In this document: piece by piece, positions 1-10,196 of the stretch
Position numbering within the stretch: the stretch's first letter is position 1
Layout of the letters: every line of letters begins with the position of its first letter
DNA from: an uncultured delta proteobacterium
GTDB lineage: Bacteria; Desulfobacterota; Desulfuromonadia; Geobacterales; Pseudopelobacteraceae
NCBI GenBank assembly: GCA_963772835.1
Contig: CAVYYZ010000002.1
Span: 467,710-531,709 of the forward strand
Direction of reading: 5' to 3'
DNA length: 64,000 bases
Position numbers and translations under genes: made by a program
Notes under the pieces: generated by a model
What the model saw: the letters and a program-made list of their open reading frames with translations, nothing else
Databases searched by the model: none
What the model was told of the DNA's origin: nothing

Positions 1-912
1 GTCTGCTCCCGATCGGGCTGCATCGCGCAGCAGAGATGCTCCGCTGCCACTGCAGAGCGCCACCTTTGAAATCCTGGCGGACGGGTCACCCACATAACGC
101 AGCGCTGGAGACGAAAGGATTTCTCTAAGCCGGGCGGCGTACACCCCAAGCGAAGTCGCTTCCGGTAGACGTCCGATTCTACCGAGCCCAAGCGTCTCAC
201 CCTCATTCAGCAGGTGGTAGACATCAAAGGCAGGAGACTCGTAAGGATGCACAGCCAACAACGCCTTCACGGCTCGCGGCAACTCTGTGCGCTGTATCAG
301 AAGTTCCAGTCGTTCTTCATCCACTGCAGCCTGTATCCCGACCGACCCTGCAAACGGCACCGCTCCGTCAAGCGGAGTAAATGTCCCGACACCGCCGGCG
401 GTAAAGGAACAATCCTGATACTTCCCCTGAGATGCTGTGAAGGGTAACAGAACAGACCGCACCTTCTCAATATGGTCAACCGGGACGAACACAACAAGTT
501 TAACCAGTTCGCGGGTTGTCGTCACTTTGAGCGGAACAGAGCTGGAAAGGCCTATTTTACCGGCGAGCAGATCATTAAGTCCACCCGTGGCAATGTCATA
601 GTTGGTATGCAGAGAAACGATCGACAGCCCCCCTCTAATTGCCTTTTGTATGGAGGCGCCGTGCGGGTTTCCTGCTGAAATAGACATGAGTGGCTTGAAA
701 ATAAGGGGGTGGTGGGTGACGAGCAACTGGCAGGAAGCTTTGATTGCGGAATCAATCACATCGGGTGTTGGATCAAGGGCAACCCAGATACTGTTCACTT
801 CTGCAGAAGGGTCACCGATCTGAAGACCAGGATTGTCCCACGCTTCCGCCAATTGCACCGGAGCTATTTTGTTAATGATTCCAACTATGTCTGCCGTTTT
901 AGGAATTTTCAT
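1..912 (-). CDS. Nif3-like dinuclear metal-centre protein (YqfO/GTP cyclohydrolase 1 type 2 family), 3' end runs off the window
   Basis: Not in the ORF track; manual translation from ATG at 912: MKIPKTADIVGIINKIAPVQLAEAWDNPGLQIG...LLVTHHPLIFKP...SLHTNYD...HPYESPAFD...ALCSGSG, all Nif3 motifs; frame open to position 1. Confidence 0.92.
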   Translation of the reverse strand, partial: MKIPKTADIVGIINKIAPVQLAEAWDNPGLQIGDPSAEVNSIWVALDPTPDVIDSAIKASCQLLVTHHPLIFKPLMSISAGNPHGASIQKAIRGGLSIVSLHTNYDIATGGLNDLLAGKIGLSSSVPLKVTTTRELVKLVVFVPVDHIEKVRSVLLPFTASQGKYQDCSFTAGGVGTFTPLDGAVPFAGSVGIQAAVDEERLELLIQRTELPRAVKALLAVHPYESPAFDVYHLLNEGETLGLGRIGRLPEATSLGVYAARLREILSSPALRYVGDPSARISKVALCSGSGASLLRDAARSGAD

Positions 913-923
913 CGGTGGAAATT

Positions 924-954
924 AAAAAGAGTGCAACCTTGCGGTGTGCACTCT
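924..954 (-). terminator. Intrinsic terminator downstream of the tRNA
   Basis: Minus strand AGAGTGCACACCGCAAGGTTGCACTCT hairpin followed by TTTTT. Confidence 0.6.
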
Positions 955-1028
955 CGTGATGAGGTATGATAACGGGGCGTTCCCAAATATCTGGCCGGCA
1001 TCCGGCGTTTATCCCTCGATGTATGAAA

Positions 1029-1105
1029 TGGTGGGCCCACCAGGACTCGAACCTGGGACCAACCGGTTATGAGCCGGTGGCTCTAGCCAACTGAGCTATA
1101 GGCCC
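1029..1105 (-). tRNA. tRNA with CAT anticodon, most likely tRNA-Ile2 (lysidine-modified)
   Basis: GGGCCTATAGCTCAGTTGG...CCGGCTCATAACCGG...GGTTCGAGTCC...GGGCCCACCA; paired first base pair and no GGG/CCC anticodon stem, so not initiator; acceptor stem resembles Ile2. Confidence 0.9.
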
Positions 1106-1161
1106 GTAGGGGAGTTGCATAATAGAGGAGGCGCACACCCCTGTCAAGTAATTTTCAGCAG

Positions 1162-1725
1162 TTATGCCCGGGAGAGAAAGCGACTGTCCCGGGTATCAAC
1201 TTTCACTTTTTCGCCGGATTCAAGATACGGAGGCACCCTTATCTTCAATCCGGTCTCCAGGATAGCCTCTTTTGTTTCGGCCGTTGCGGTAGCGTTTTTC
1301 ATGACCGGCGGCGTTTCCGTCACCGTCAGTTCAACCGTCATCGGCAAATCAACGTTTACCATGCGCCCTTCAAACAACCCCAAAACGACTTCCGTACCGT
1401 CAAGCAGAAACATCGAAAGCGGTTCAAACTCTTCAGCCGGCATCTCGAACTGTTCATAATTTTCAAGATCCATAAAGACCCCGTTACCGCCATCGGCGTA
1501 CAGGAACTGCCCTTTATGGCGTTCGAAATCGGCCTCATCCACCTTGTCGCCCGAGCGGAACGTTTTCTCCAATACCTGACCGGTGATCAGGTTGCGGTAT
1601 TTGGTCTTTACCATTGTGTTGGCACCACGCGCTGTGGGAGAGCTGATGTTGATATCGGTGATCAGGCAGGGTGCGCCGTCCAACTGGATGACGAGCCCTT
1701 TTTTAAAGTCGGACGTAGAAAACAT
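1162..1725 (-). CDS. efp: Elongation factor P family protein, EfpL/YeiP-like loop
   Basis: EF-P length and C-terminal KEAILETG..VPPYL..GEKVKVDTR; tip loop SPTARGA. Confidence 0.92.
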   Translation of the reverse strand: MFSTSDFKKGLVIQLDGAPCLITDINISSPTARGANTMVKTKYRNLITGQVLEKTFRSGDKVDEADFERHKGQFLYADGGNGVFMDLENYEQFEMPAEEFEPLSMFLLDGTEVVLGLFEGRMVNVDLPMTVELTVTETPPVMKNATATAETKEAILETGLKIRVPPYLESGEKVKVDTRDSRFLSRA

Positions 1726-1829
1726 GCTGATAATTCTCCTTATTTATTTGAATCTTTATAAATTAAAAATCGATCAATTAAACAGGGATGAAGGGGATAC
1801 AGGGGATAAAAACATTTTTTTGAGTTCTG

Positions 1830-2261
1830 CTATTTCTTCCGATATTCTGCCGTCGGCCAGAACGGAATGCCTCCACGCGGTGTAAACTCGCCTCGCACCG
1901 TCAGTCGGATCGGATCAAGCAGCGTTACCAGATCGTTGCAGATACGGTTGACTCCTGCTTCGTGAAATTCGCCATGCATCCGGAACGAGCCAAGATACAG
2001 CTTCAAACTCTTGCTCTCGACACAAAGCAGGTCCGGCTGATAATCAATGACAATTTTCCCGAAATCAGGCTGGCCGGTCATCGGGCAGAGGCAGGTAAAT
2101 TCTGGGCATTCAATATGCAAAGTCCCGACAGCACCGGCCGGGTTTAACTCTACGCGCGAAAAAGGGCTTGGAAACGCTTCCAGCAACCCGGAATCCGGTC
2201 TGTCATAATTATAGGTGGTGGCACCGGAGCCGAGGGATTTCAGTTGATCGTGCAATTTCAT
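1830..2261 (-). CDS. queF: preQ0 reductase (NADPH-dependent 7-cyano-7-deazaguanine reductase)
   Basis: PEFTCLCPMTGQPDFG, VESKSLKLYL, FHE, FTPRGGI motifs. Confidence 0.95.
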   Translation of the reverse strand: MKLHDQLKSLGSGATTYNYDRPDSGLLEAFPSPFSRVELNPAGAVGTLHIECPEFTCLCPMTGQPDFGKIVIDYQPDLLCVESKSLKLYLGSFRMHGEFHEAGVNRICNDLVTLLDPIRLTVRGEFTPRGGIPFWPTAEYRKK

Positions 2262-2506
2262 TCAGTCACTTCCCGGGTAATATTTACAGCAAAGACGATG
2301 ATAACATGCCAACGACGTGAACAGCGGACAATCGTTCTCATGCACAGTCACCACCCACAGGGAGTAACCAGCGCAACTTCGACTGTCTCAACGGGGAATT
2401 TGCCGATGACAACTGGAGGGGCAAGGCTAATCCGGACATGGTGACAGCGGGAGTTCCCGTGTTAATTCAGCTTATCCGCATTTCAGCCCCACCAGTGATT
2501 GACCCG

Positions 2507-2752
2507 CTATATCCAGGCATCGCCGCCATCGTACTCGTATTCAGCTCCTTTGGTTCTGGGGGTGACTTTGAACTTGGCTTCGCGGGCAAGCCGCCTCATG
2601 CGCTCGGCAGCGGTTTCACTCAGGCCGGTAAGCTTACCGCGCATTTCGCGGCCCGGCGCGGGGGCGAGCAGCAGGGCGGCGGCGACACCGATTACGGCAC
2701 CGGAAACAAAGGCTATTACAGCAGCAGCGGCACTATCATTGTTGGTTGACAT
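2507..2752 (-). CDS. YtxH domain protein
   Basis: FVSGAVIGVAAALLLAPAPGREMR signature; GGAG RBS. Confidence 0.85.
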   Translation of the reverse strand: MSTNNDSAAAAVIAFVSGAVIGVAAALLLAPAPGREMRGKLTGLSETAAERMRRLAREAKFKVTPRTKGAEYEYDGGDAWI

Positions 2753-2841
2753 GTCAGACTCCTTTTACTAGTGGCATCGAAATTAAATCTGAAGGCAGTT
2801 CCGTTTCTAGCACAACAACTGACCGATATAAAAGTAAAATG

Positions 2842-5817
2842 TTACAGCACCCTGGCCAGATGGCGACGGATCATATCTTCAAAATCGGCATCACTGTTTC
2901 CACTGTAGATAAGCGATGAGCCTATCTCAGCCGCCAGAATCGCACAAAGATATTTTTGCGGGAGCCTACTGACTCTCTGCCGGTACAAGGCTGTTTCACG
3001 CAGCATGCGCGGCAGGTGACTCATGACAGCCTCACGGAAGGGGGGGGTCAGACAAAGCTCTGGCCTGAGCGAGAAGAAGTCAAAGAGCCTCGTGTAAAGG
3101 TTATTTATGTTATGGCTGATAGTTTCGGAAATTTCACTATAAAGCTGGGTTCCATCAGCTTCTTTATGACGCTGAATGATCAAACGCGCCTCGTCGGCTG
3201 CCCGTTTCTCCAGAATAGCCAGGACATCACCGGCATAACGCTCCTTATGTTCCATAAATTCTCGTTCGGATAACAGCAGGTTGGCAATAATCTCGTACGA
3301 TGAGGAGATTACTCCGCATTTGTTGGCAGAGGCGTCGCGCATCAGCGTAACACCACTCTCCTGTAGCCTGATCCGGGCTTCAGGGGTGATGAAGGAGTTG
3401 GCACCTTCTATGATGACCCCTGAAGAAGGAACTCCACTCTCACCAAGAAACAACTGCCAGTTCTGAGCATCAATTGTCTCCGGTCGCCCCCCGGCCGGAA
3501 TGAACAAATCTGCCTGGACGGTAAAAACAAGGCTGTTGTAAAGGCGATTGAAGTCATCTATATCCAGCCACTCCTCAACAAGTCCTTCAGCAGTACGCAT
3601 GACCTTCCGATGCGATTCCTTCAGCCCTTCCATGCGCCGGCCGGTCCGGTAAATAATATAGCCATCCATTCCCAGAAAAAATGGATTAAAGGCGTCAAGG
3701 TCTGACACGAGCGCTATGCGACGTAATTCGTCGTGACGAATGCCGTTCGGATCATAGAGAGCAGCTGTTCCGTCCAAAATCAGGCGGGCTTGCATTCCGG
3801 GGCACCGTTCAAGCATGATTCGCAGACAATTGCCTGCGACGTCACCATTTGGCCCCCCGGTCATCTTGAGTGAAAACGGATCCCGACGGATGTTGATTCC
3901 TGCCGCTTCAGCCATCGTAATTTCAGCAAAAGTAACCACACCGGTCGAAGTAACACCGTATTCTTTGTGGTTGATTCCAAAACGCTTGCTGGACATGATG
4001 CCGACACCCAGGATATAGCCCCGTTTTTTTGACAGAGATGCTATCGCCTCGATCATGCCGTCGTGCATGTTCTCATCAGGACCGATTTCGATCGGTTCGT
4101 CATCGCGGTAGTAGTCGACAACACGACGGTCTCTGGCTATTCCGTTTTCGGTGATAAAAATATCGAGAAAAGCGTTTGCGATGCCATATTGAAGCTTGTA
4201 GAGGCGGAAGTTTTCCGCTTCACTCCCTGCCTGTTCCATATCAGAGGCATCCAGCACGACCGCCAGCTTTGAGCCCCCCTCATATATGTCCTTGTTCTTC
4301 AACTGCTGGGTATGTGCAAGAACATATACTTCGCGAAAGATGGTGTTGGCCGAGGTTATAAAGTCATCGGCGCTGCGGGCTATTACAGTGCGCCAGCCAC
4401 CGCGGGCAATATCCGAAAAGCCGACATGATAACCGGCGCCGAAACGGCTGAAAAAAAACGTAACCCGGAAGGGGAGCGTTTCCGGGAGGTCTGCGGTAAA
4501 TTCACGTCCCAAAAGCCGCAGATACCCCGGATCGAGCCGGAAAGCCAGCGCCTGTTTTTCGGCCACGAAAAAGTTCGTTTTGAGGGTATGGGTGATCAGC
4601 AACAGGCAGCAGCGATAGACTGCCCGGCGGATATCATCCAGCCAGCGATGACCGGTGTTGTACCCTTCAACAGCAGCCTGCACTTCGGCCAGTGCCACAG
4701 AGTAAAACGTTTCCCGATCAGCACGCCCAGGATCAAAGCGCAATCGAAAAAGTCGTATAAGAAGCTGAGCCATTTCCGGATGATCATAAAATGCACTCTG
4801 AACATCCTCAAGCCCGAAACGCTCCGGTTGACCATGTGCCAGACTGGTGTGACAGAAAGAAATGCACGCATTGACCAAAGCAGCATCTTCACCGGAGAGG
4901 AGTCCTTCAACAACGTACTGGTGGTAGACTTCGGATGAAGTGGACAGTATTTGAGTCGTGCATAATTCGCGCCTCAGATTGTCAGCAAGGGGGCTATCGG
5001 GTGAGATATCCTCTCCCTTCCGGCTGATAACGAGAAAAGAGCCGAGGAAGTAAGGATGAACCCCGTTCGAAATCAGCAGGCAATAGGCCCGGCGGATGCC
5101 AACATCAAGACGATTAAAGACCTCAAGCAGCTGCAGCAGGAAATCTTTCTGCGGCGGGTTACCGACCCCAAACAGGACCCTGGTTTCCGTGCGTCCGTCA
5201 CGCTCTACCTGACTGATATTTAGAAACAGCCCGCCCGCTGAGTTAGTACAGTCAAACAGCCAGACGAGGTAGGCGGTCCGTGAGGGTGGCGACATCCGGA
5301 TATAGTTTTCATTATTCAGCCAGAGAATTTTCAGCAGCCTGTCGAGCTTTTTCAAGTCAAAGTCAGGGAAAGACGAGCGGAGTTCTGCGCGCACCTTTTT
5401 CACCAGTGCTGCCGGGATATCAAGCTCGCGAGTGAGGTCGATATCCTTATTGTGGCGGCGGTCAAATTCAAAGCGCTGCACCTCCAGCTCATGCTCGATT
5501 CCCGGCATATCTGCGTTGGAGTGGGAAAACATGGCATAGGATATCTCGCGTTCGCCTAATTTGCGCAGAGTACCATAGAGGGAGCCGGGACGGTTGCCAC
5601 AGGCAACGACAAGCTGCTTTTCCTGATCGGCGAGAATGAGATGCCGATTGTGTTGCAGGCAACCCATCTCTCTGGCCAACAGTGCCAATGCATCCTCTTC
5701 ATCTGCCATTGCCTGAAAGAAGTAGGAACTCATATGCTCCTGAATCCAGATGGCGTTTTTCTCAGCGGCGATTCGGGAAGCTTGGGCGTTGCGACGAACC
5801 AGTGAAGTCAGGTGCAT
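2842..5817 (-). CDS. Large NAD-dependent glutamate dehydrogenase (GDH2-type)
   Basis: DIARGGWR, QQLKNKDIYEGGSK, GPDENM, INHKEYGVTSTG, TGGPNGDVAGN, IEGANSF, DASANKCGVISSSYE; start chosen after GGGAG RBS. Confidence 0.9.
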   Translation of the reverse strand: MHLTSLVRRNAQASRIAAEKNAIWIQEHMSSYFFQAMADEEDALALLAREMGCLQHNRHLILADQEKQLVVACGNRPGSLYGTLRKLGEREISYAMFSHSNADMPGIEHELEVQRFEFDRRHNKDIDLTRELDIPAALVKKVRAELRSSFPDFDLKKLDRLLKILWLNNENYIRMSPPSRTAYLVWLFDCTNSAGGLFLNISQVERDGRTETRVLFGVGNPPQKDFLLQLLEVFNRLDVGIRRAYCLLISNGVHPYFLGSFLVISRKGEDISPDSPLADNLRRELCTTQILSTSSEVYHQYVVEGLLSGEDAALVNACISFCHTSLAHGQPERFGLEDVQSAFYDHPEMAQLLIRLFRLRFDPGRADRETFYSVALAEVQAAVEGYNTGHRWLDDIRRAVYRCCLLLITHTLKTNFFVAEKQALAFRLDPGYLRLLGREFTADLPETLPFRVTFFFSRFGAGYHVGFSDIARGGWRTVIARSADDFITSANTIFREVYVLAHTQQLKNKDIYEGGSKLAVVLDASDMEQAGSEAENFRLYKLQYGIANAFLDIFITENGIARDRRVVDYYRDDEPIEIGPDENMHDGMIEAIASLSKKRGYILGVGIMSSKRFGINHKEYGVTSTGVVTFAEITMAEAAGINIRRDPFSLKMTGGPNGDVAGNCLRIMLERCPGMQARLILDGTAALYDPNGIRHDELRRIALVSDLDAFNPFFLGMDGYIIYRTGRRMEGLKESHRKVMRTAEGLVEEWLDIDDFNRLYNSLVFTVQADLFIPAGGRPETIDAQNWQLFLGESGVPSSGVIIEGANSFITPEARIRLQESGVTLMRDASANKCGVISSSYEIIANLLLSEREFMEHKERYAGDVLAILEKRAADEARLIIQRHKEADGTQLYSEISETISHNINNLYTRLFDFFSLRPELCLTPPFREAVMSHLPRMLRETALYRQRVSRLPQKYLCAILAAEIGSSLIYSGNSDADFEDMIRRHLARVL

Positions 5818-6016
5818 GTTGAGTTCTCCCCTGAAAAGATTTCCATATCGCGGATTATAAGCCATATTACGCTTTCAGCAAGTTTTAACTTTCGATTTTT
5901 CTTTCATATCAATTTTACTTTCAGTAAAATCAACCAAAGCTTTTCTTGACCGTATACCGTTGAATTGCTATAGTCGCGCCGCGTTTTTTTATTCCACCTG
6001 AAAACAGGGTTAAACG

Positions 6017-6784
6017 GTGCCAGACAGAGCATTTACAATTCAGCAGACGAAAAACGGCATTGCCAAAATGACAATTACCGGCAACGGTTCCGTCTCTGCC
6101 GCAGATCTTCTGGAATTACTCAAACGCCAGACAGCCACACTGGCCGGCAACCATGAGATAAAAGGGCTGCTTGTTACCGGCTCGGATGGCGGCTTCTGCC
6201 AATGCCTGCGAGAACCTCGAGCTTCAGCTCAGAAAGCTGCCGCGCTGTCAGGCTTTGGCCAGCAGGTTATGTTCGGCCTTGAAAAAATCGGTAAGCCCTG
6301 TATTGCTGCCATCGAGGGAGAATGCTCTGGATTAGGACTGGAATTTGCTCTTTCATGCGATTTTATAGTGGCATCACGGAGTGCATGTTTTGGTTTTCCC
6401 GACATCGCTGAAGGCTTGATTCCCTACTGCGGAGGCACACAGCGACTCGCACGACTGGTAGGAAAATCAAAAGCAAAAGAGATGCTCTACAGCGGAGACC
6501 TGATCTGCGCCGAGGAAGCATACCGGATTGGCCTGATAAACCGTCTTTATTCAACCGGAGAGGCTCTGTCAAAAGCAGAGGAGCTGCTCGAACTCATCTG
6601 CACCCGCAGCCCACATGCAATCCGCATAGGTGGCGAGGTGGTCAATGCCGGCTACGACATCGACCTGCAGACCGCGTGCCTGTTGGAGCGGGATGCCTTT
6701 GCACTCTGTTTTTCCAGTTTCGACCAGAAGGAAGGCATGCGGGCTTTTCTGGACAAAAACCACCCGCAGTTCAAAGGGGAATGA
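6017..6784 (+). CDS. Enoyl-CoA hydratase/isomerase (crotonase) family protein
   Basis: KPCIAAIEG, GLIPYCGGTQRLARLVG, AEEAYRIGLIN, KEGMRAFLDK. Confidence 0.85.
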   Translation: MPDRAFTIQQTKNGIAKMTITGNGSVSAADLLELLKRQTATLAGNHEIKGLLVTGSDGGFCQCLREPRASAQKAAALSGFGQQVMFGLEKIGKPCIAAIEGECSGLGLEFALSCDFIVASRSACFGFPDIAEGLIPYCGGTQRLARLVGKSKAKEMLYSGDLICAEEAYRIGLINRLYSTGEALSKAEELLELICTRSPHAIRIGGEVVNAGYDIDLQTACLLERDAFALCFSSFDQKEGMRAFLDKNHPQFKGE

Positions 6785-7314
6785 ACATGTCCATCGAACA
6801 TGGCTGCGTTCAGGTATATACCGGCAACGGCAAGGGCAAAACTACCGCAGCGCTCGGACTCGCGCTACGGGCGGTCGGCCGGGGTCTCAACGTCTGCGTA
6901 TACCAGTTCATCAAAGGGGGGGGGCGCTACGGCGAGCACCTGGCCGCCGAAAAGCTGGCACCTCTGCTGACGATTATCCAGACCGGCAGACCGGGGTGGG
7001 TAAACACCAAAGATATCACCGAAGACCGACGTGTTGCGCAGGAAGCGCTTGCCAAAGCGGAAAAACTATTGGTATCGGGCGAATTCGACATTTTTATCTG
7101 CGACGAAATTAACGGCGCCGTCGGCTTCGGTCTGATTGACGTTGAACAGGTGTTGGAGCTGATCCGCGTAAAACCGGAAAAAACAGAACTGGTTTTGACC
7201 GGACGCAACGCTCACCAGCAGGTGATCGACATCGCCGATCTGGTAACCGAAATGCGGGAGATAAAGCATTACTACAAGGCAGGAGTTCCGGCACGCACCG
7301 GCATAGAAATGTAG
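6781..7314 (+). CDS. cobO: Cob(I)yrinic acid a,c-diamide adenosyltransferase (BtuR/CobO)
   Basis: VYTGNGKGKTTAALGLALRA, QFIKG, CDEI, LTGR, ADLVTEM..IKHYY; start 6781 or 6787. Confidence 0.93.
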   Translation: MNMSIEHGCVQVYTGNGKGKTTAALGLALRAVGRGLNVCVYQFIKGGGRYGEHLAAEKLAPLLTIIQTGRPGWVNTKDITEDRRVAQEALAKAEKLLVSGEFDIFICDEINGAVGFGLIDVEQVLELIRVKPEKTELVLTGRNAHQQVIDIADLVTEMREIKHYYKAGVPARTGIEM

Positions 7315-7368
7315 GTCAGTCACAATGAACGTAATTCAAACCAACTAACATACCGGAGGTAATGTACC

Positions 7369-7773
7369 ATGGCTGAAAGGATTCTACGCGTACTCGTCGG
7401 AAAACCAGGGCTGGACGGCCACGATCGGGGTGCAAAAATAATTGCCCGTGCCTTTCGTGACGCGGGTTTTGAGGTTATCTACACCGGTCTGCACCAGACT
7501 CCGGAACAGATCGTTTCGGCCGCTATCCAGGAGGATGTTGACTGCGTCGGGCTTTCAATTCTGTCAGGTGCCCATAACACTTTACTCCCTAAGATTACGC
7601 AGCTCTTCAGGGAAAAGGGGGCTGAAGACATAAAGGTTTTCGGGGGAGGGGTCATACCTGAAGACGATATTCCCGGACTGAAGGCGGCCGGAATCTGCGA
7701 AGTATTTACTCCCGGTACTTCAACGGAAGATATCGTCGCCTGGGTGAGAAACAATGTTCAACCCAGGGCCTGA
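7369..7773 (+). CDS. Cobalamin-binding small subunit of an acyl-CoA (methylmalonyl-CoA-type) mutase
   Basis: [12 protein letters not shown] base-off/His-on motif, [21 protein letters not shown]. Confidence 0.92.
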   Translation: MAERILRVLVGKPGLDGHDRGAKIIARAFRDAGFEVIYTGLHQTPEQIVSAAIQEDVDCVGLSILSGAHNTLLPKITQLFREKGAEDIKVFGGGVIPEDDIPGLKAAGICEVFTPGTSTEDIVAWVRNNVQPRA

Positions 7774-8510
7774 TGCCCTATAAAAAACTCCGCATAGAAT
7801 GCGTGAACCGGGTCGGGTATATCCTGCTCGCATCCGGTTCACGATTCAACAAGTTATCCATCACCACCATTAGGGAACTGAAACGCGCTTTCTCACAGCT
7901 CGAGGAAGATGCTTCGGCGCATGTGATTGTTCTCAGCGGTTATCCGGGTGAGTCTTTTGCCGTCGGGGCAGATATCGGGCAGATGGTGCATTTCTCTCCA
8001 CATGACGCCTTTCACTTTGCCGAACTTGGGCAATCCCTGTTCAACCAGATAGAGTCCTGTACAAAACCGGTTATCGGGGCTCTGAACGGCATCACCATGG
8101 GAGGGGGCTGCGATCTGGCCATGTCATGTGACATCCGCTTTGCAGCAGAGGGGTTGCGCGTCGGACACACCGGGGCAAAGCTCGGCATCATCACCGGATT
8201 TTGCGGGACCCACAAACTGCCCCGTATCGTCGGCAAAAATTACGCCCGGGAAATTTTTATGACTTCGGATATTTACGGCGCGGCAGAGGCACTGCAGATG
8301 GGGCTGGTTGACCGGGTAAGTGTCGAAAACGAATTCTGGCCGGAGGTTATAACTTTTGCCGAAAGGATCGCCGGCCATCCCCGGACCGCACTATACGCGG
8401 CAAAACGGCTCGTCAACGCCGCCGAAGACACCGACCTGCGCAGCGGCTGTCTGCTGGAACGGGAAACATCAACGCATATCAATTCAATTACCGATTACAG
8501 CGGATACTGA
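7773..8510 (+). CDS. Enoyl-CoA hydratase/isomerase family protein
   Basis: FAVGADI, KPVIGALNG..GGGCDLAMSCDIR, LPRIVG, AEALQMGLV. Confidence 0.85.
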   Translation: MPYKKLRIECVNRVGYILLASGSRFNKLSITTIRELKRAFSQLEEDASAHVIVLSGYPGESFAVGADIGQMVHFSPHDAFHFAELGQSLFNQIESCTKPVIGALNGITMGGGCDLAMSCDIRFAAEGLRVGHTGAKLGIITGFCGTHKLPRIVGKNYAREIFMTSDIYGAAEALQMGLVDRVSVENEFWPEVITFAERIAGHPRTALYAAKRLVNAAEDTDLRSGCLLERETSTHINSITDYSGY

Positions 8511-8633
8511 CGGGACTCCGGCTGATCCTGCATTTTTTCACTCATCCATACAACGTTTTTTCGCGGGCAGGAACCCTCACCAATTTGATCTGTTGAATGC
8601 TTCTGTAATTTCACATACACACACCATAAACCG

Positions 8634-9449
8634 CTACATCAATGCATCGATTGCCTGCAACCCTTCCAGAGCTCCGCAGGGGAGCGATATATGAGGTGCC
8701 GTTATCTCCGCTTCGGAGGGATTGATACGAATGACGGTAGCATACTCGAAGTTCCAACCGATCCGTTCTGATGTAGCCCGAATGGTGGGAATGGCGCTGC
8801 CGGCACCCATTTCAATCACGGCGATGCGCCGGTTCTTATGAGTGGCCAGAAACCGTTCGAACGCATATTCCTGAGTGCGGGTGCGGTCCGGAAGCCAGAG
8901 CCAGTCGCCGAACATGAGAATATTAGGGCGACTGATCCGGCCGCAATCGGAACAGCGGGGAAGTGGGTGACGGGCCCGCATAGACACTTCTTCAATCCTG
9001 ATTATCTCATCATTTTTCCAGATGGAATCGCTGCATGGTTTCTGACACTGTAGCCAGTGAATCGACCCGTGAACTTCCAGAATATGGTCGTCGGCATAGC
9101 CTGCCTTCTGGAACTGGCCGTCAACATTGGAAGTTACTACAAAGTAATCAGCCCCCCTCTCCTTAATCCACTTTCTGATAATATGGAACCCCTGGTGAGG
9201 AATCGTATCCCGGTACAGATTGGTGCGGTGGCCGTAAAAGCCCCAGCCGAAGGAGGGATCATCAGCAAAATGCCGGGGGTTGGCACAGTCGACAAAGGAG
9301 AGCCTCAGCCGTGCGTACGCAGGATACGCGTTCCAAAATCCACGATCCCCACGAAAGTCCGGCAGGCCTGAATCAACTCCCATCCCCGCCCCGGCGGTAA
9401 CAACAAAAACCTCAGCTCCCCTGAGCACCTCAACGGCATCAGGTATCAT
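8634..9449 (-). CDS. Sir2-family NAD-dependent deacylase
   Basis: TAGAGMGVDSGLPDFRG, TSNVDG, EVHGS, Cys pairs, RPNILMFGD. Confidence 0.92.
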   Translation of the reverse strand: MIPDAVEVLRGAEVFVVTAGAGMGVDSGLPDFRGDRGFWNAYPAYARLRLSFVDCANPRHFADDPSFGWGFYGHRTNLYRDTIPHQGFHIIRKWIKERGADYFVVTSNVDGQFQKAGYADDHILEVHGSIHWLQCQKPCSDSIWKNDEIIRIEEVSMRARHPLPRCSDCGRISRPNILMFGDWLWLPDRTRTQEYAFERFLATHKNRRIAVIEMGAGSAIPTIRATSERIGWNFEYATVIRINPSEAEITAPHISLPCGALEGLQAIDALM

Positions 9450-9467
9450 ATCGCCTCCAATCCCGGT

Positions 9468-10196
9468 TCAACCTGACCCGGTTGTTCTCTTGAACGCGGC
9501 TACAAAAGCATTGGCCGGATGCGCCATAACTTCATCAGGGGTCCCTTCCTGAATGATTTTCCCGCCATCCATGACCACCAGTCGTTCCACTACGTGAAAG
9601 GCCTCGATACGATCATGCGTTGCGATTATGGCCGCTGTTCCCGATTCATGCAGAATCTGGCCAAGGTCCTCTGCCAGTACAATCCTGGTCGGAAGATCAA
9701 GACTTGAAAAGGGCTCGTCCATGAGAAGCAGCTCCGGACGGACGGCAAAGGCACGGGCAAGACTGACGCGCTGCGCCTCCCCGCCCGAAAGCTTGTGGGC
9801 TGAACGCCCTGCCAGGTGTCCGATTTTAAAAAGTTCGAGACCGTCACGGGCAATGTCTCTTGCTTCACTGCGTCCGGTTCCTCGTATCCGCAGGCCTTCA
9901 GCAACATTGTCAAGTACCGTCGTATCAAACAGGAGCGGTTCCTGAAAAACGACCGCAATTCTTCGTCTGTACGTAATTTCAGCATCAGGCGACACCTCGA
10001 CTCCGTGAAAACGAATCCTGCCGCTCGCTCGTTCGATTAAACAGGCAAGGCCAAGCAGCAGACTTGATTTGCCCGCACCGTTCGGTCCGACTATGCCGAC
10101 CTTTTCCTCGGCGTCCATCGAAAAGTACGGCAGCTCAAGAACCTGCACGCCGCCGCGCCGGATGCGGAGATCATTGACCTCAAGAAGAATACTCAT
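9468..10196 (-). CDS. tupC: ABC ATPase of tungstate/molybdate transporter (TupC-like)
   Basis: GPNGAGKS, LSGGEAQR, LLMDEP; overlaps the permease gene. Confidence 0.75.
   Translation of the reverse strand: MSILLEVNDLRIRRGGVQVLELPYFSMDAEEKVGIVGPNGAGKSSLLLGLACLIERASGRIRFHGVEVSPDAEITYRRRIAVVFQEPLLFDTTVLDNVAEGLRIRGTGRSEARDIARDGLELFKIGHLAGRSAHKLSGGEAQRVSLARAFAVRPELLLMDEPFSSLDLPTRIVLAEDLGQILHESGTAAIIATHDRIEAFHVVERLVVMDGGKIIQEGTPDEVMAHPANAFVAAFKRTTGSG

Noticed and set aside
2262..2500. preQ1 riboswitch upstream of queF
   Set aside because: No recognisable preQ1 aptamer or A-rich tail
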